The notes under the pieces: generated by a model
Told to the model about the DNA's origin: nothing
The model's database searches: none
What the model saw: the letters and a program-made list of their open reading frames with translations, nothing else
Virus record (IMG/VR): IMGVR_UViG_3300025121_000011
Location: 248,001 to 312,000 of that record
Strand: one strand, 5' to 3'
DNA: 64,000 bases
Part shown: positions 36,835-46,878 of the stretch, one piece after another
Position numbering within the stretch: the first letter of the stretch is position 1
Layout: each line of letters starts with the position of its first letter
Translations under genes and position numbers: made by a program

Positions 36835-37672
36835 TTGATTCTTTGGCGGAAAATTTTAACGCAATATCCGGCATGATTCTTGCTTGATGCAATATCCATG
36901 CCGACCATACAAATCCCAGGCGGCAAAACCTTTACACCAGCTACAGTCGACACTGGGTACAAAAACTTTGCAGCACAAACAATCCATGGCGGCAAAAGTT
37001 TGTCATGCGCATTATTCAACTGGATACAAAAACTTTGCACAAGATATAACCAACTCTTATACATCATCATCTTATAAAAAAAATCATGAAGCTAATACAA
37101 GGCTGTAAATAGAACGGATTGGTTAGCAATCCATTGGATTGCCTTGATTAATACTAAGGGAGAGTTTCAGTTATGACATCAATAATCTTTGGCATCATTG
37201 CTGCAATGCTTTTTCTGGTATTATTCGTTCTTCTGCTTTATGAGCTTGATACTTTTTATCGAGGACTGCTCGCAGAGTTTGTGGAGTGGATGGCACAACG
37301 ACCAAAACGACCAAAGAAATAACAAAGAAAGAATTAAAAAAGAATGGAGTTGATCTTAACTCTCAGCTTTCTTTATTTGCTGTGGTATTTATTTATTTTT
37401 AGAGGAGAATAACATGATGGAATTTTTTCTTATTCTTTTTTTGTGGTTTGGATTCGTCTCTATTCTATACTTGCTTTCTGTTATCAGAGGAAATAGAGGA
37501 GACGAAGACTGATTACCCATTTGATACCCGTTTGGTCGTAATCCTTTTTGAATAGGGAGCGTAAATGTTCTGGAAACTTTTGCCGTTGATTATGGTTATC
37601 ATTTTAACTGCACCTTACTTTTATAACTCGTACAAAGAATCTCTCATTAGAAAGAAGATTCCTGGGAATAAA

Positions 37673-37748
37673 GACTTTTCTGAGGATGGGACTTTTTCTG
37701 AGTAATCGACTTTTTCTGAGAATGAAAAGTTTTTAAAGGGGGGGGGGT
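37673..37748. repeat. three GACTTTT(T)CTGAG direct repeats followed by an 11-G run
   Basis: Copies at 37673, 37690 and 37708 (17-18 bp period); G run at 37738-37748. Confidence 0.75.
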
Positions 37749-38204
37749 GCAGTTTTAAAAGTTAAAAGTAACTGAGTAACGGTTGAAAACTGACCCAGGT
37801 ACCTTTCTAACTTTATAAAAATATTTACTCCTTTTTATTAAAGCATCGCTGCAAATGCATACCTAAATGCATACCTAAAAAATATAATCTGGAAATATTT
37901 AAAGAAATATCATACAACCTATTCACAGACATGAACATGCGTTTTCTTTCTACTGACACTCGCTTCAAACACTCTCCTAAAGAAAGTGAAAGAGTATTTA
38001 TTACTGAGAGTGAGGATTTGCAGAATAAGCCGTAGAATCATTGTGATACTGTTATTAACAAAAAAGATGATCAACGTGTGCGAACATATCACACAGAGTT
38101 TCCAGAGTTTCATTAAGGTCCGTATACAGATACGCATATCCGAAAATATATTCTGGAAATTTTTTTTCCAGATATTTATATAAGACATTCATACGGAAAT
38201 ACTC

Positions 38205-38426
38205 ATGCAAACTATAATCATTCGTATCGCAGACTCTGAATGCGAAGCGGAAGACTCGAATAATTACTCCGTCATTACCGTTAACCGAGACTATCTTACT
38301 TCGGTATTAAAAATACTGAATGAAAGTAACCTGGTTCAGTATTTCTATGTCTCTGATGGAGTTAACTTGTTTGATCAAGTTTCGCTGGGATATGATCACA
38401 ATGCTTATCCAAAGTTGGTTAAGTAA
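38205..38426 (+). CDS. hypothetical protein (tandem paralog 1)
   Basis: YFYVSDGVxLFDQxxLGYDxNAYPK shared with the next gene. Confidence 0.7.
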   Translation: MQTIIIRIADSECEAEDSNNYSVITVNRDYLTSVLKILNESNLVQYFYVSDGVNLFDQVSLGYDHNAYPKLVK

Positions 38427-38496
38427 CCTTTGGTGGATTAAGTGACTTTTAACTCTCTTTAGGTAAATACAAATTCTCATTCATACGGAGATACTC

Positions 38497-38733
38497 ATGC
38501 AAATGGTAATTATTCGCGTCGCATACTTTTCTTTCTACTTTGAAGGTCTAAAAGTAGAAGGGCAAAAGGGTTATTCGGTCATTACCGTTGAACGATCATA
38601 TCTTACTCCGATGTTGGAAATGCTGAACGCAAGTGATCGTGTCGAGTATTTCTATGTCTCTGATGGAGTTGGATTGTTTGATCAGGCTGCGTTAGGATAT
38701 GATCGCAATGCTTATCCAAAGTGGGCTTACTAA
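38497..38733 (+). CDS. hypothetical protein (tandem paralog 2)
   Basis: Duplicate of the previous gene, including upstream sequence. Confidence 0.7.
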   Translation: MQMVIIRVAYFSFYFEGLKVEGQKGYSVITVERSYLTPMLEMLNASDRVEYFYVSDGVGLFDQAALGYDRNAYPKWAY

Positions 38734-39021
38734 CCTTTAGTGGATTAACTAACCTTTTCGCAAGTTTCCGCTGAGTCTCGACGCAGAATAACAAGGAGAA
38801 TAAAGCTATGAAAATTTATATCATTGCAATGTCTGATAACGGTGGATGTTGGATTCCCGGATCGGAATTTTTTTCAATTTTTGCAATGCAGAAAAAGCTT
38901 TAGCTCTCCGCAAGGAGAAGAAACCTTATCTCTGAATCTATACTCTTCGCGCTGTTGATTCTGAAACTCCCGCTCTTTAGACATGGGCACATATGCGTTC
39001 ATTTAACCGTAGGAGTATAAA

Positions 39022-39243
39022 ATGTTTTTTCTTTCCAATGCCAGTCTATCGACTCTGATGGATTTGGAGCTGATGACTTACTTTGATCATAAGAGGGCTC
39101 CGGATGATAAGCACGAGGGCGCCTCTAAAAATTATCGAGCTGTTATAACGGAATTGAAACGTCGTGGTATTAAACCGCGGGATTTTACAGATCAGTCTGA
39201 TTATGGTTTCAATCTTTGGGAAAATCAACTGAAATTGGACTAA
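39022..39243 (+). CDS. hypothetical protein
   Basis: AGGAG RBS. Confidence 0.6.
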   Translation: MFFLSNASLSTLMDLELMTYFDHKRAPDDKHEGASKNYRAVITELKRRGIKPRDFTDQSDYGFNLWENQLKLD

Positions 39244-39308
39244 GCAGAATAGTTAGTGTATGGTTGGAAGATTTTTTGAAAAGATTACGTTCTTAAGGAG
39301 ATACACGC

Positions 39309-39905
39309 ATGCCTACTTATCGAATTCCATACACTTTAAGTATGAATAATACTATTCGCACTTTATATATGTCTGTGCATGGAGATAACTTGTGTAACGC
39401 AGAAAAGACTTTAGAAGAATCTTTTCTTTCTCAAAGCCTTATGGGTAGAGATATTTTATATGGACAAGGGGTAGAGAAATCTTGTGTGCATATCCCACAA
39501 AAGGGCGATCAAGTCTTTATTCTAAAAGACGATTCTCTGCCTAAATCAATTTGGCATAAAATCGGCACTATTGATTCTGAACCTATTTCCATTGGAGAAG
39601 ATGGAGAAGCCAACGGTTCTTATCTGGTTCATTTTACATCGGATACCGAAGGGTATAAGATTCATGTAAGTCTATTTCATCTGATGAAGGCAGAACCTCT
39701 TAAAGAGATCAGCGACTCTGATCTTAAGAGTTTAGAAATACAGGTTTATTACGATTATAAAGCATCTATCTCTTCGGGCGGAGAAGGAGTGAGAAGGGCT
39801 ATTGAAAATTTACAAACACTGCAATGTGAAATGGATCGTCGCAATCTGTCACACGCAGATGCCACAAATTTTTTTAAAGTTGTTCCTTGGAAACCACTTG
39901 ATTGA
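39309..39905 (+). CDS. hypothetical protein
   Basis: AGGAG RBS, 198 aa. Confidence 0.7.
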   Translation: MPTYRIPYTLSMNNTIRTLYMSVHGDNLCNAEKTLEESFLSQSLMGRDILYGQGVEKSCVHIPQKGDQVFILKDDSLPKSIWHKIGTIDSEPISIGEDGEANGSYLVHFTSDTEGYKIHVSLFHLMKAEPLKEISDSDLKSLEIQVYYDYKASISSGGEGVRRAIENLQTLQCEMDRRNLSHADATNFFKVVPWKPLD

Positions 39906-40114
39906 AACCACTTAGTTAATATTTCTAAATGTGCATGTATGCGCAGAGGCGAGTTTTAGATTTATAACAATCTCTGTGCATAAACTTAGACACTTTTTAT
40001 TGACTTCTTTATAATCTCTTTTTAATCCGAACTGAGTTTTCATTCTTTATTCAAACTTTAGAAAACTCAGATGCACGTAACGATTACTTTTAATAACTCT
40101 TAAGGAGGGCCACC

Positions 40115-40471
40115 ATGGATAAAGCTTTAGAGGATAAATTTCTAGAAATTATTGAACAGATTCAAAATCTTCTTTCCAAAATTGATTTTAATACTGGTTC
40201 TAGACTTGTAAATGTTCTATATCCTGATGGCATCTGGAATAAAGATGGTAAACATTTAAGCCTTCAGACTGGAGAAATGCCAAGAGTTGGCGATCATATC
40301 AATCTTTATGTGGATGGATCGTGGCAAACCTTCCGCGTGGCAGATAAGATATTTGCTCCGGGTTGTACTCCTCACCTTAGTCTCCATTTGACTTATCCTA
40401 ATGATTCAGTAATTAAAGTACAAGCAAGACAAGAAGCGGAAGCAGAGAGGTTTATGAGTAGTCATGGGTAA
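40115..40471 (+). CDS. hypothetical protein
   Basis: AGGAGG RBS. Confidence 0.65.
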   Translation: MDKALEDKFLEIIEQIQNLLSKIDFNTGSRLVNVLYPDGIWNKDGKHLSLQTGEMPRVGDHINLYVDGSWQTFRVADKIFAPGCTPHLSLHLTYPNDSVIKVQARQEAEAERFMSSHG

Positions 40472-40820
40472 TCTTTGTAAAACCGGAAAGGCTCGACAAA
40501 TCGTATATGATGCTATTAAATATGTTCGAGAAACGGGCGAATCTAAGTGGGTTACGTTTGGGAAAAAACGTATAAAGATTTATAGAGATAAAGGCTCCGC
40601 ATACACAAACTCAGAACCTCCTGATAGTTTTGAGTTTGTTGGAAACGAACCTTGCGGCTGGCATCTTGTTAAACATCATGGACGTGTAATTTTGACTGAT
40701 GTTTATTCAAAGGATTATACATGGTGCTATCCCCCGGGCTCAAAAACCGCTTGTGTTATTCGACAAAAAGATCTATTAGCATATGTCCATCAAATTTATG
40801 ACCGTAACTCGGAAGATTAA
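40464..40820 (+). CDS. hypothetical protein
   Basis: Coupled to the previous gene. Confidence 0.65.
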   Translation: MGNLCKTGKARQIVYDAIKYVRETGESKWVTFGKKRIKIYRDKGSAYTNSEPPDSFEFVGNEPCGWHLVKHHGRVILTDVYSKDYTWCYPPGSKTACVIRQKDLLAYVHQIYDRNSED

Positions 40821-41261
40821 AATGCAAACTTAAAATGCAAACTCACGCTAAACCATATTTACCTGAAAGGTTTTAGCTGAGTGTTGTTCTGTTTTTATAG
40901 ATGCACTTCCAATCATTGGCGTTACCAATTCGTGAATATAGGAGTTCCTTGTGATAACTTATAACTTTCCAATTATCTTTAAAATTCCAAGTGAAGACGG
41001 AACAATCAACATGGAAATTTCGCCAAAAACCGTCGCCACAGCTATAGCGAGATCAAATTATGGATCTAAAAGTGTTTTAGAAGCATTAATCGAAGAAAGG
41101 ATCAAGAAATGATTGAAGATTACATTTCGCGACATCAATCAAATTTGGATCCGGGTGATGATAATGATTTTAAATTTTATAAAATTGCAATCCATAGAAA
41201 TACTGCCAAACTAAAAGAACTGTTAGGCGATGGTTGGTTTTAAACTGGAGTTAAATATATA

Positions 41262-41480
41262 ATGAATACATCAGATCACAAACAGTTACTTGAAACAATT
41301 TCCAGATTACTTGAAGAGTTTGAAACAAAACATTCTACGGTGATTGGATGCTTTTTAGACTTAGAAACCGGAGAAAGATCTCCAGACAGTATCATTTCTC
41401 AATCTTTATGGTATGAATGGGGCGGAAAAGCGTTTAATCCATGCCCTAGTTGGAGATTAGAAAAGGTTCGCAAGGCATAA
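41262..41480 (+). CDS. hypothetical protein
   Basis: GGAG RBS. Confidence 0.55.
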   Translation: MNTSDHKQLLETISRLLEEFETKHSTVIGCFLDLETGERSPDSIISQSLWYEWGGKAFNPCPSWRLEKVRKA

Positions 41481-41498
41481 CGCGTTTCGAGGTATATT

Positions 41499-41789
41499 AT
41501 GCCGTCTGTTACTATTACGTTCAAACCTGTTTCAAATAAAAAATTCAGAGTTGCGCCAAAAGCAATTCATTCAGAAGTTGTAACAGCGCTTTGTGCTATG
41601 CTGAAACAAGAAATAAATGAAGCAGAAAGGGAAGGGCGATTACCAGAATTTGTTTCGGGATATTGTGGATACTTACCACTTGTTCCAATTAAAGATTACG
41701 AAATTCACGACAAATCGATCCCAAAAGAATCAGAGTGGATTGATGATTCAGATACATTTGAAATGGAAATTATCAATGGAGATTTATAG
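41499..41789 (+). CDS. hypothetical protein
   Basis: GAGG RBS. Confidence 0.6.
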   Translation: MPSVTITFKPVSNKKFRVAPKAIHSEVVTALCAMLKQEINEAEREGRLPEFVSGYCGYLPLVPIKDYEIHDKSIPKESEWIDDSDTFEMEIINGDL

Positions 41790-42041
41790 ATGGGTAAGTT
41801 TAAACAAGTAACGGAAACGAATCACAAACTTGAAATCCAAATTTTAGATGAAAACGGACAACTTACAAAATTAGCTTTCGATCTAATTCGGCAAGGTCTT
41901 CGTAACTATATGGAAGATGCTTGGGATGATCATCATCGCTCAGCCGTTATAATTCCAGAGAACGCAGAATACGCCCTTCAAATCATTGAACCGGATGATA
42001 ATGATTCTACAAAACTTGTTATCACATGGCATACAAAATGA
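41790..42041 (+). CDS. hypothetical protein
   Basis: Abuts the previous stop. Confidence 0.6.
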   Translation: MGKFKQVTETNHKLEIQILDENGQLTKLAFDLIRQGLRNYMEDAWDDHHRSAVIIPENAEYALQIIEPDDNDSTKLVITWHTK

Positions 42042-42399
42042 GTTATGCATTCGAACATCTGTTTTTTCAGTGAAGCATTTGGTATATAGGAAAGGTTAAT
42101 AACCTGGAATAAACAGTTACATAGAATTTATTAAGGCTGACAGCAATGTTATTTTGCATGAAGCTAATTGACTTTGTTGTTAGCCTTAAGTGGTTAACAG
42201 CAGTTACCGCTGGTGTAAAAACCCTTACGGGGATTCTACTACTTTGATCTCGTGTCACACTAATTTTTTTTAATAAAATTTTAAAAAAGTTTGGTGGGGC
42301 TGTTTTTTGTTTAGCTTAAAAAGATAATCATCTGTATAATAATGGATTGTGTAGCTCGCCTATGTGTGAGTTGAGTTTTAACTTGAGGGACCAATAATA

Positions 42400-42603
42400 A
42401 TGTTACAACCAGGACCCGCCATTTGGCGCACCGATGTTTATGATGTCGATGTAGAAATCGTTAGATATCTCGGTACTACAGATGGGGTGCGTTATTATAT
42501 GATCCGTAATGATTCTGGCGAAACAGGTGTGCCAGAAACTGAGTTGATTGTTAAAAAACAAAATATAATTTTTGATTGGGCAGATATCTTTTTCCATGGA
42601 TGA
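42400..42603 (+). CDS. hypothetical protein
   Basis: GAGGG RBS. Confidence 0.55.
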   Translation: MLQPGPAIWRTDVYDVDVEIVRYLGTTDGVRYYMIRNDSGETGVPETELIVKKQNIIFDWADIFFHG

Positions 42604-43078
42604 AATGATGAAATTAATCATGTGGAGAATTTTGGTTCCGGCCTATGGTCGTCAAGAATCATTTTCTTATGAACATTATAAGGCGTGGGTGAATTACGTT
42701 CACTCTATTGCTGGAGGGTTTACAGTTTCTCAGGGAGTTAAGGGTCAATGGACATCTCCTGATGGAATCATCTTTCGAGATAGAATGATTCCAGTGGACA
42801 TTCTTTGTAGTCGAAAACAGATTAAAAAGATTATTGATTTTACTCTTGTTCATTATAAACAAAAAGCCGTCTTGGCTTATAAGATTAGTGAAGAAGCTAT
42901 CATTAGATACAGTGAAGAAGTTCCTGTTGAGCCTGTTGCGGTTGTGAAGCCTCTTCTGTTGCATGATTATTCTTATCAATTTGCTCCTGGATGGTATAAG
43001 TGTAATTTGTGTGGTCACGAAGTTCATTATAAAAATTATAATTATGTTTATCCCGAGCGTTGTCCCGGACCGGAGTAA
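42572..43078 (+). CDS. hypothetical protein with C-terminal Cys motif
   Basis: 168-aa ORF; CNLC. Confidence 0.6.
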   Translation: MIGQISFSMDEMMKLIMWRILVPAYGRQESFSYEHYKAWVNYVHSIAGGFTVSQGVKGQWTSPDGIIFRDRMIPVDILCSRKQIKKIIDFTLVHYKQKAVLAYKISEEAIIRYSEEVPVEPVAVVKPLLLHDYSYQFAPGWYKCNLCGHEVHYKNYNYVYPERCPGPE

Positions 43079-43542
43079 AATTTATGGGAAATCATGCACT
43101 TAGACGACAAACTTCTATGGCTCTTAGAGCGGCAGGTTTGCCGCATAAACTTTATCGCGGGAAGAGTCGTGTCGCATGGAAATATCTACATGCGAAGACT
43201 CTTAGAAATATGATTAAGGAAGCGGATCGTCGTGTTGGAGACTTAATTAATGATTGCGATGGATTTAATCATCGCATTACAAAGGTGAATGTTTCCTATG
43301 GTTGGAATGGTGTTCTAATGTTTAATGCATATAATTTGGAAGATAAACATTGGTCTTGTGGTTGTTCTGGTCGGTCGGATGATTCAAAGACTGTTGAGCA
43401 GATTGTTGCATTTTTTAACGTTACAGATCAACAGGTTGTTGAGATGGGTGATTGGTGGACTGAAAATGATCAGAGGTTGCTTGATAAAATTAAAGCAGGC
43501 GAGCCAATCTGTGATAAGGATGGGATTAAACTTCCGTTATAA
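43060..43542 (+). CDS. hypothetical protein
   Basis: 160-aa ORF in operon. Confidence 0.6.
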   Translation: MSRTGVKFMGNHALRRQTSMALRAAGLPHKLYRGKSRVAWKYLHAKTLRNMIKEADRRVGDLINDCDGFNHRITKVNVSYGWNGVLMFNAYNLEDKHWSCGCSGRSDDSKTVEQIVAFFNVTDQQVVEMGDWWTENDQRLLDKIKAGEPICDKDGIKLPL

Positions 43543-43574
43543 ATAAAAAAGATGATGTAAATATAAGGAGTAAG

Positions 43575-44102
43575 ATGAGTAATCTTGTAGCAGATAAAGC
43601 AGCGCGGGGTCGGAAGCATTGTCCCAAGTGTGATAAGTATCCGGGAGTTCGTAGCAATACTTGTCCTAATTGTGGATATTTATTTGTGGTGTCTGAAAAA
43701 CCCAAAGAGTCAGATTCGATTAAAATCAAAATTAAAATAGCGAAAGATATTAGTGTGGATGATGAAACTTCTCAGGATACTTCGTCAAGAGATAAAGAAG
43801 AAGTTAAAAAGATATCTGCACCGGGTTATATTCAGGGACAGGATTACGTTTTGATTCCTGCCGGCAAATGTCCTGTTTCTTTGGATGGACAAAGTATTAA
43901 TGAGATTAGAGTCTGGATGAAGGCGGTTAGAGATGTTTATAATCAAGGATATTTATCCACGGAGGCTCTTTGTTATTGGGTTAGAAATTTTTATCCATTC
44001 TTTTATTTAAAAGATGGTAAGGTTGTAGCTGATGACACTGGAGATAAAATTCGAGCGATCATTGAAAGGCTTGATGGATCAATTATTTTAGAAAAGGAGT
44101 GA
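43575..44102 (+). CDS. N-terminal zinc-ribbon protein
   Basis: CPKC...CPNC; AGGAG RBS. Confidence 0.65.
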   Translation: MSNLVADKAARGRKHCPKCDKYPGVRSNTCPNCGYLFVVSEKPKESDSIKIKIKIAKDISVDDETSQDTSSRDKEEVKKISAPGYIQGQDYVLIPAGKCPVSLDGQSINEIRVWMKAVRDVYNQGYLSTEALCYWVRNFYPFFYLKDGKVVADDTGDKIRAIIERLDGSIILEKE

Positions 44103-44106
44103 AATT

Positions 44107-44649
44107 ATGTTTGGAAAGAAAAAATATGGTTGGTTTAGTGCAAGGGCTGCTGAAGCTTGTGGTACGTTCGCGTATCACAATATAAGTGGTGAGGTAATCA
44201 CCGTTACCGTTGTTGGTTCTAATCCGTTTTCCCCTTCAAGTTTTTGGGGAGATGAAGTTTTTATTGGAGAAGTTTTTGGATATGTAGCAAGTAACTTGAA
44301 GCTTAGCTTTTTTGATAAAAATTTGATTTATAAGGAGTCTAAAACGATTAGTAATTATGTGATCGGTAGTCCTAATCTTAACTCTTCAGATCACTTTGAT
44401 TATGATAAATTTATCAATTGTGAAATTCCAAAATATATTGGTGTGGATCCGGTTAGGTCGGAGGATCTTTCTTCATTGGATTTTTCTCCATATGAACAGC
44501 ATCAAATTTGTGGAGATTTTCGTTTGATTTCAAATCCAAATGATGGATGCGGTGGAGTAAGAAAGTGGGTTAGCCTTGCAGCTATTCGTTCAGAGGGAGT
44601 GTCTGGCGCGTTTTATGACGCGGATATGATGTTTGATCCAACTGAATAA
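44107..44649 (+). CDS. hypothetical protein
   Basis: 180-aa ORF. Confidence 0.6.
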   Translation: MFGKKKYGWFSARAAEACGTFAYHNISGEVITVTVVGSNPFSPSSFWGDEVFIGEVFGYVASNLKLSFFDKNLIYKESKTISNYVIGSPNLNSSDHFDYDKFINCEIPKYIGVDPVRSEDLSSLDFSPYEQHQICGDFRLISNPNDGCGGVRKWVSLAAIRSEGVSGAFYDADMMFDPTE

Positions 44650-44685
44650 ATTGATTCATAAAATATAAATAATCAGGAGGTTATC

Positions 44686-45009
44686 TTGTATAAGAAAACC
44701 GTATTTCATTTTGAGCAACCGTTTTGTAGTTGTAATGTTTTAGATCTTGCTTGGGGTATGGTGGCTGTAAATGGCGCGCCGTGTATGTCTTTTCAATGTA
44801 GGACTTGTGCAACCGCAATTACAATTCCGTTACCAAAACTAAATGCGGGATTTGAATTTAGTTTTAAAGCAGAAGGAGTTACGGTTAAGGGTGAGGAAAG
44901 GGAGATTCCAAATCCAGAGATTATTAAGGAACCGAAAGATAGTGGATTGGTTGTCATTGGTAATGTAACGTATGGACCATGGGCGGGTGTTGAAATCCCT
45001 GAAGAATAA
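44686..45009 (+). CDS. Cys-motif hypothetical protein
   Basis: AGGAGG RBS before TTG; CSC..CRTC. Confidence 0.55.
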   Translation: MYKKTVFHFEQPFCSCNVLDLAWGMVAVNGAPCMSFQCRTCATAITIPLPKLNAGFEFSFKAEGVTVKGEEREIPNPEIIKEPKDSGLVVIGNVTYGPWAGVEIPEE

Positions 45010-45032
45010 TATAAACAATTTAATTAAAAGAG

Positions 45033-45926
45033 GTGCTTATGAATATGAGTAAGATGATTCTTGTGATGATTGGCGTTGGTATGTTTTCCGGTTGTGTGAT
45101 TCCGCCGGGAACCGTGGCGATTGAAACCTCTGTATGTGGCGATATGCCTGACGCAGAACGATATACTGTAGTTCGCAGTGGTCGGGTTTGGTCTGGACCA
45201 TGTACCGAAATTTATACTCTGCCAACTCGCGAGCAGCGAGCGGTGTGGACTTTAGATCCTACGGATGGTTCTCCCAATGATGAGAGTATTACTTTTGCGG
45301 GAGTAGATGGACAGCCAGTTAATGCGGATATCGGTATTTCATATTCTATTGGAGTTGACGATTCCAGTATCATTGCAATGATTAGGACTTATGGCCCTGA
45401 TCTTGAAAGTACAATCGACTCTAAGGTTCGAGATTATGTTCGAGATTCGCTTAATGCATGCGCCAGCGAGAATAATCGAACGGTGCAGGATCTTTATGGT
45501 GTATTTAAGACTGAGACTGTAGCTTGTGCTCAGGAGCGAACTCAAAAGGAATTTGGGCCAAACGGTTTGGTGATTAATCGACTGACGCTCAATTCAGAAA
45601 TTAGACTTCCTGCGAAGATTAAGCAAGCAATGGAAATGGCTCAGGCTGCAACTCAGGAAGCAGATCGAGTTAGTCGAGAGGTCCAAATGACTGAGGCAGA
45701 GGCTCGTAAACAGCTTGTATCTGCTCAGGCTGACGCTGATTCTCTGCGAATTAGATCTGAATCTGAGGCTGAAGCAAACCGGATTATTACTCAGTCTCTG
45801 ACAAAGGAAGTGTTGGAGCTTCGCAGGTTGGAGGTAGAAGAGGCTTTGATTGGAAAATGGAATGGTTCCGTTCCCACTACTGTTTTGAGTGGTGAAAGTA
45901 ATATGCTATATAATATTGGCAAGTAA
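45033..45926 (+). CDS. SPFH/band-7 (prohibitin-like) membrane protein
   Basis: N-terminal TM/lipoprotein-like segment, band-7 core (VRDYVRDSLN, GLVINRL) and coiled-coil tail (AEADSLRIRSESEAEANR). Confidence 0.85.
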   Translation: MLMNMSKMILVMIGVGMFSGCVIPPGTVAIETSVCGDMPDAERYTVVRSGRVWSGPCTEIYTLPTREQRAVWTLDPTDGSPNDESITFAGVDGQPVNADIGISYSIGVDDSSIIAMIRTYGPDLESTIDSKVRDYVRDSLNACASENNRTVQDLYGVFKTETVACAQERTQKEFGPNGLVINRLTLNSEIRLPAKIKQAMEMAQAATQEADRVSREVQMTEAEARKQLVSAQADADSLRIRSESEAEANRIITQSLTKEVLELRRLEVEEALIGKWNGSVPTTVLSGESNMLYNIGK

Positions 45927-46200
45927 AGGAGATTTTATGGTCTTGGGCATTAGTGGTTTGCTTCTTATTATTGTAATCGTAATGCTTGTTTTGGGAATAA
46001 CAATGATTGTGCCCAAGACTATACTTCTTTATAGTTCATGGAGTTATGATAATAAAATTAAGAAGTTGAAATTAGAACAAGAAAAGATACACACCAGAGC
46101 GTTAGAGGAGTTGGCTATAAATGCACAGCTATCTAACGACTGGTGTAATGTGCGTTCAGATAAAGCGAATAAACAAGAAGAATTTAAAGAAAAGATTTAA
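45889..46200 (+). CDS. small membrane protein (likely start about 45937)
   Basis: TM helix followed by coiled coil. Confidence 0.55.
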   Translation: MVKVICYIILASKGDFMVLGISGLLLIIVIVMLVLGITMIVPKTILLYSSWSYDNKIKKLKLEQEKIHTRALEELAINAQLSNDWCNVRSDKANKQEEFKEKI

Positions 46201-46203
46201 GGA

Positions 46204-46572
46204 TTGATTATGCATTACGTGTTATGGATTGATGATGAACCAGCCAGATATAATCTTCTTTGTGGGGATTTTTCTGATACACTTTTTATCTTTGCATGTG
46301 GTGTAAAGCAAATCAATCATTATCTTAATCATGCAAAAATTAAATGGGATTTGATTTTATTGGACCATGATATGGGAAGTGCCATTAATGGGATGGAGGT
46401 TTGTAAAAAATTTTTGGGAGAAAGAGGATTTAGAGTTGCTTGTGTTAGTAATAATACACCAAGGCGATTGGATATGATTGCTTATTTAAAAGAGTATGCC
46501 GTTCCGGTATATGACATTTCAGTAACTGATACGAATTTTTCTGCAAAAATAATTCAATTGTTAACCTTATAA
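46204..46572 (+). CDS. cyclic-phosphate-processing receiver-domain protein
   Basis: VLWIDDEPAR..WDLILLDHDMG..SNN stand-alone receiver pattern. Confidence 0.65.
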   Translation: MIMHYVLWIDDEPARYNLLCGDFSDTLFIFACGVKQINHYLNHAKIKWDLILLDHDMGSAINGMEVCKKFLGERGFRVACVSNNTPRRLDMIAYLKEYAVPVYDISVTDTNFSAKIIQLLTL

Positions 46573-46644
46573 TATATGAGATGCTATAGGAACAAACGCA
46601 CTCAATTCTCAGGATATTTATAAGGTTCTATTTAAAAAAGAATA

Positions 46645-46878
46645 ATGGAGGGAGTGATGGATCTTAAAGTTAAAACTATTCATGCAAAGAGTTTGATTTA
46701 CGGTGCTGCGTTTAAGGCTATGTATTGGACGTTAGGAAAAGAAGATGAGATTACGCGATATACATTAGAGGTTTATCGCAAAACTCGTAGGCAAATTCCG
46801 GGTTGGAAAGATCCTAAGACTGGCCGGTCTACACGTTACGGTGCTAATGAGGCATATGAATCTACTCGAAAAGATTAA
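46645..46878 (+). CDS. hypothetical protein
   Basis: ORF in operon. Confidence 0.5.
   Translation: MEGVMDLKVKTIHAKSLIYGAAFKAMYWTLGKEDEITRYTLEVYRKTRRQIPGWKDPKTGRSTRYGANEAYESTRKD

Larger units (their letters stand above)
10810..36904. promoter_or_regulatory. 21 dispersed 37-bp dyads TTGGCA-N6-TTGC-N5-GCAA-N6-TGCCAA (two opposed sigma54 -24/-12 sites)
   Basis: Copies start at about 10810, 11525, 12170, 12796, 13233, 13894, 14389, 15256, 15969, 16616, 17372, 18345, 19517, 20135, 21180, 22953, 24322, 26418, 28597, 31763 and 36868. Each half keeps the GG-N10-GC spacing. Confidence 0.85.
10370..37090 (+). promoter_or_regulatory. repeated promoter-like header GGCGGCAAAA-N~12-CTCTAAAAARATAT-N~8-GTAA upstream of most cassettes
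   Basis: About 30 copies, e.g. 10860, 11575, 12215, 14436, 16031, 16690, 17441, 18407, 20182, 21226, 21720, 23000, 24378, 25357, 26463, 27594, 28665, 30671, 31831, 31934, 34556 and 36918; also 57535. Usually followed by RBS and ATG. Confidence 0.8.

Noticed and set aside
10810-36904. The 37-bp dyads as CRISPR repeats or integron attC sites
   Set aside because: Spacing is irregular (hundreds to thousands of bp) with whole genes between copies. The arms do not fit the RYYYAAC...GTTRRRY order, and no integrase is seen.
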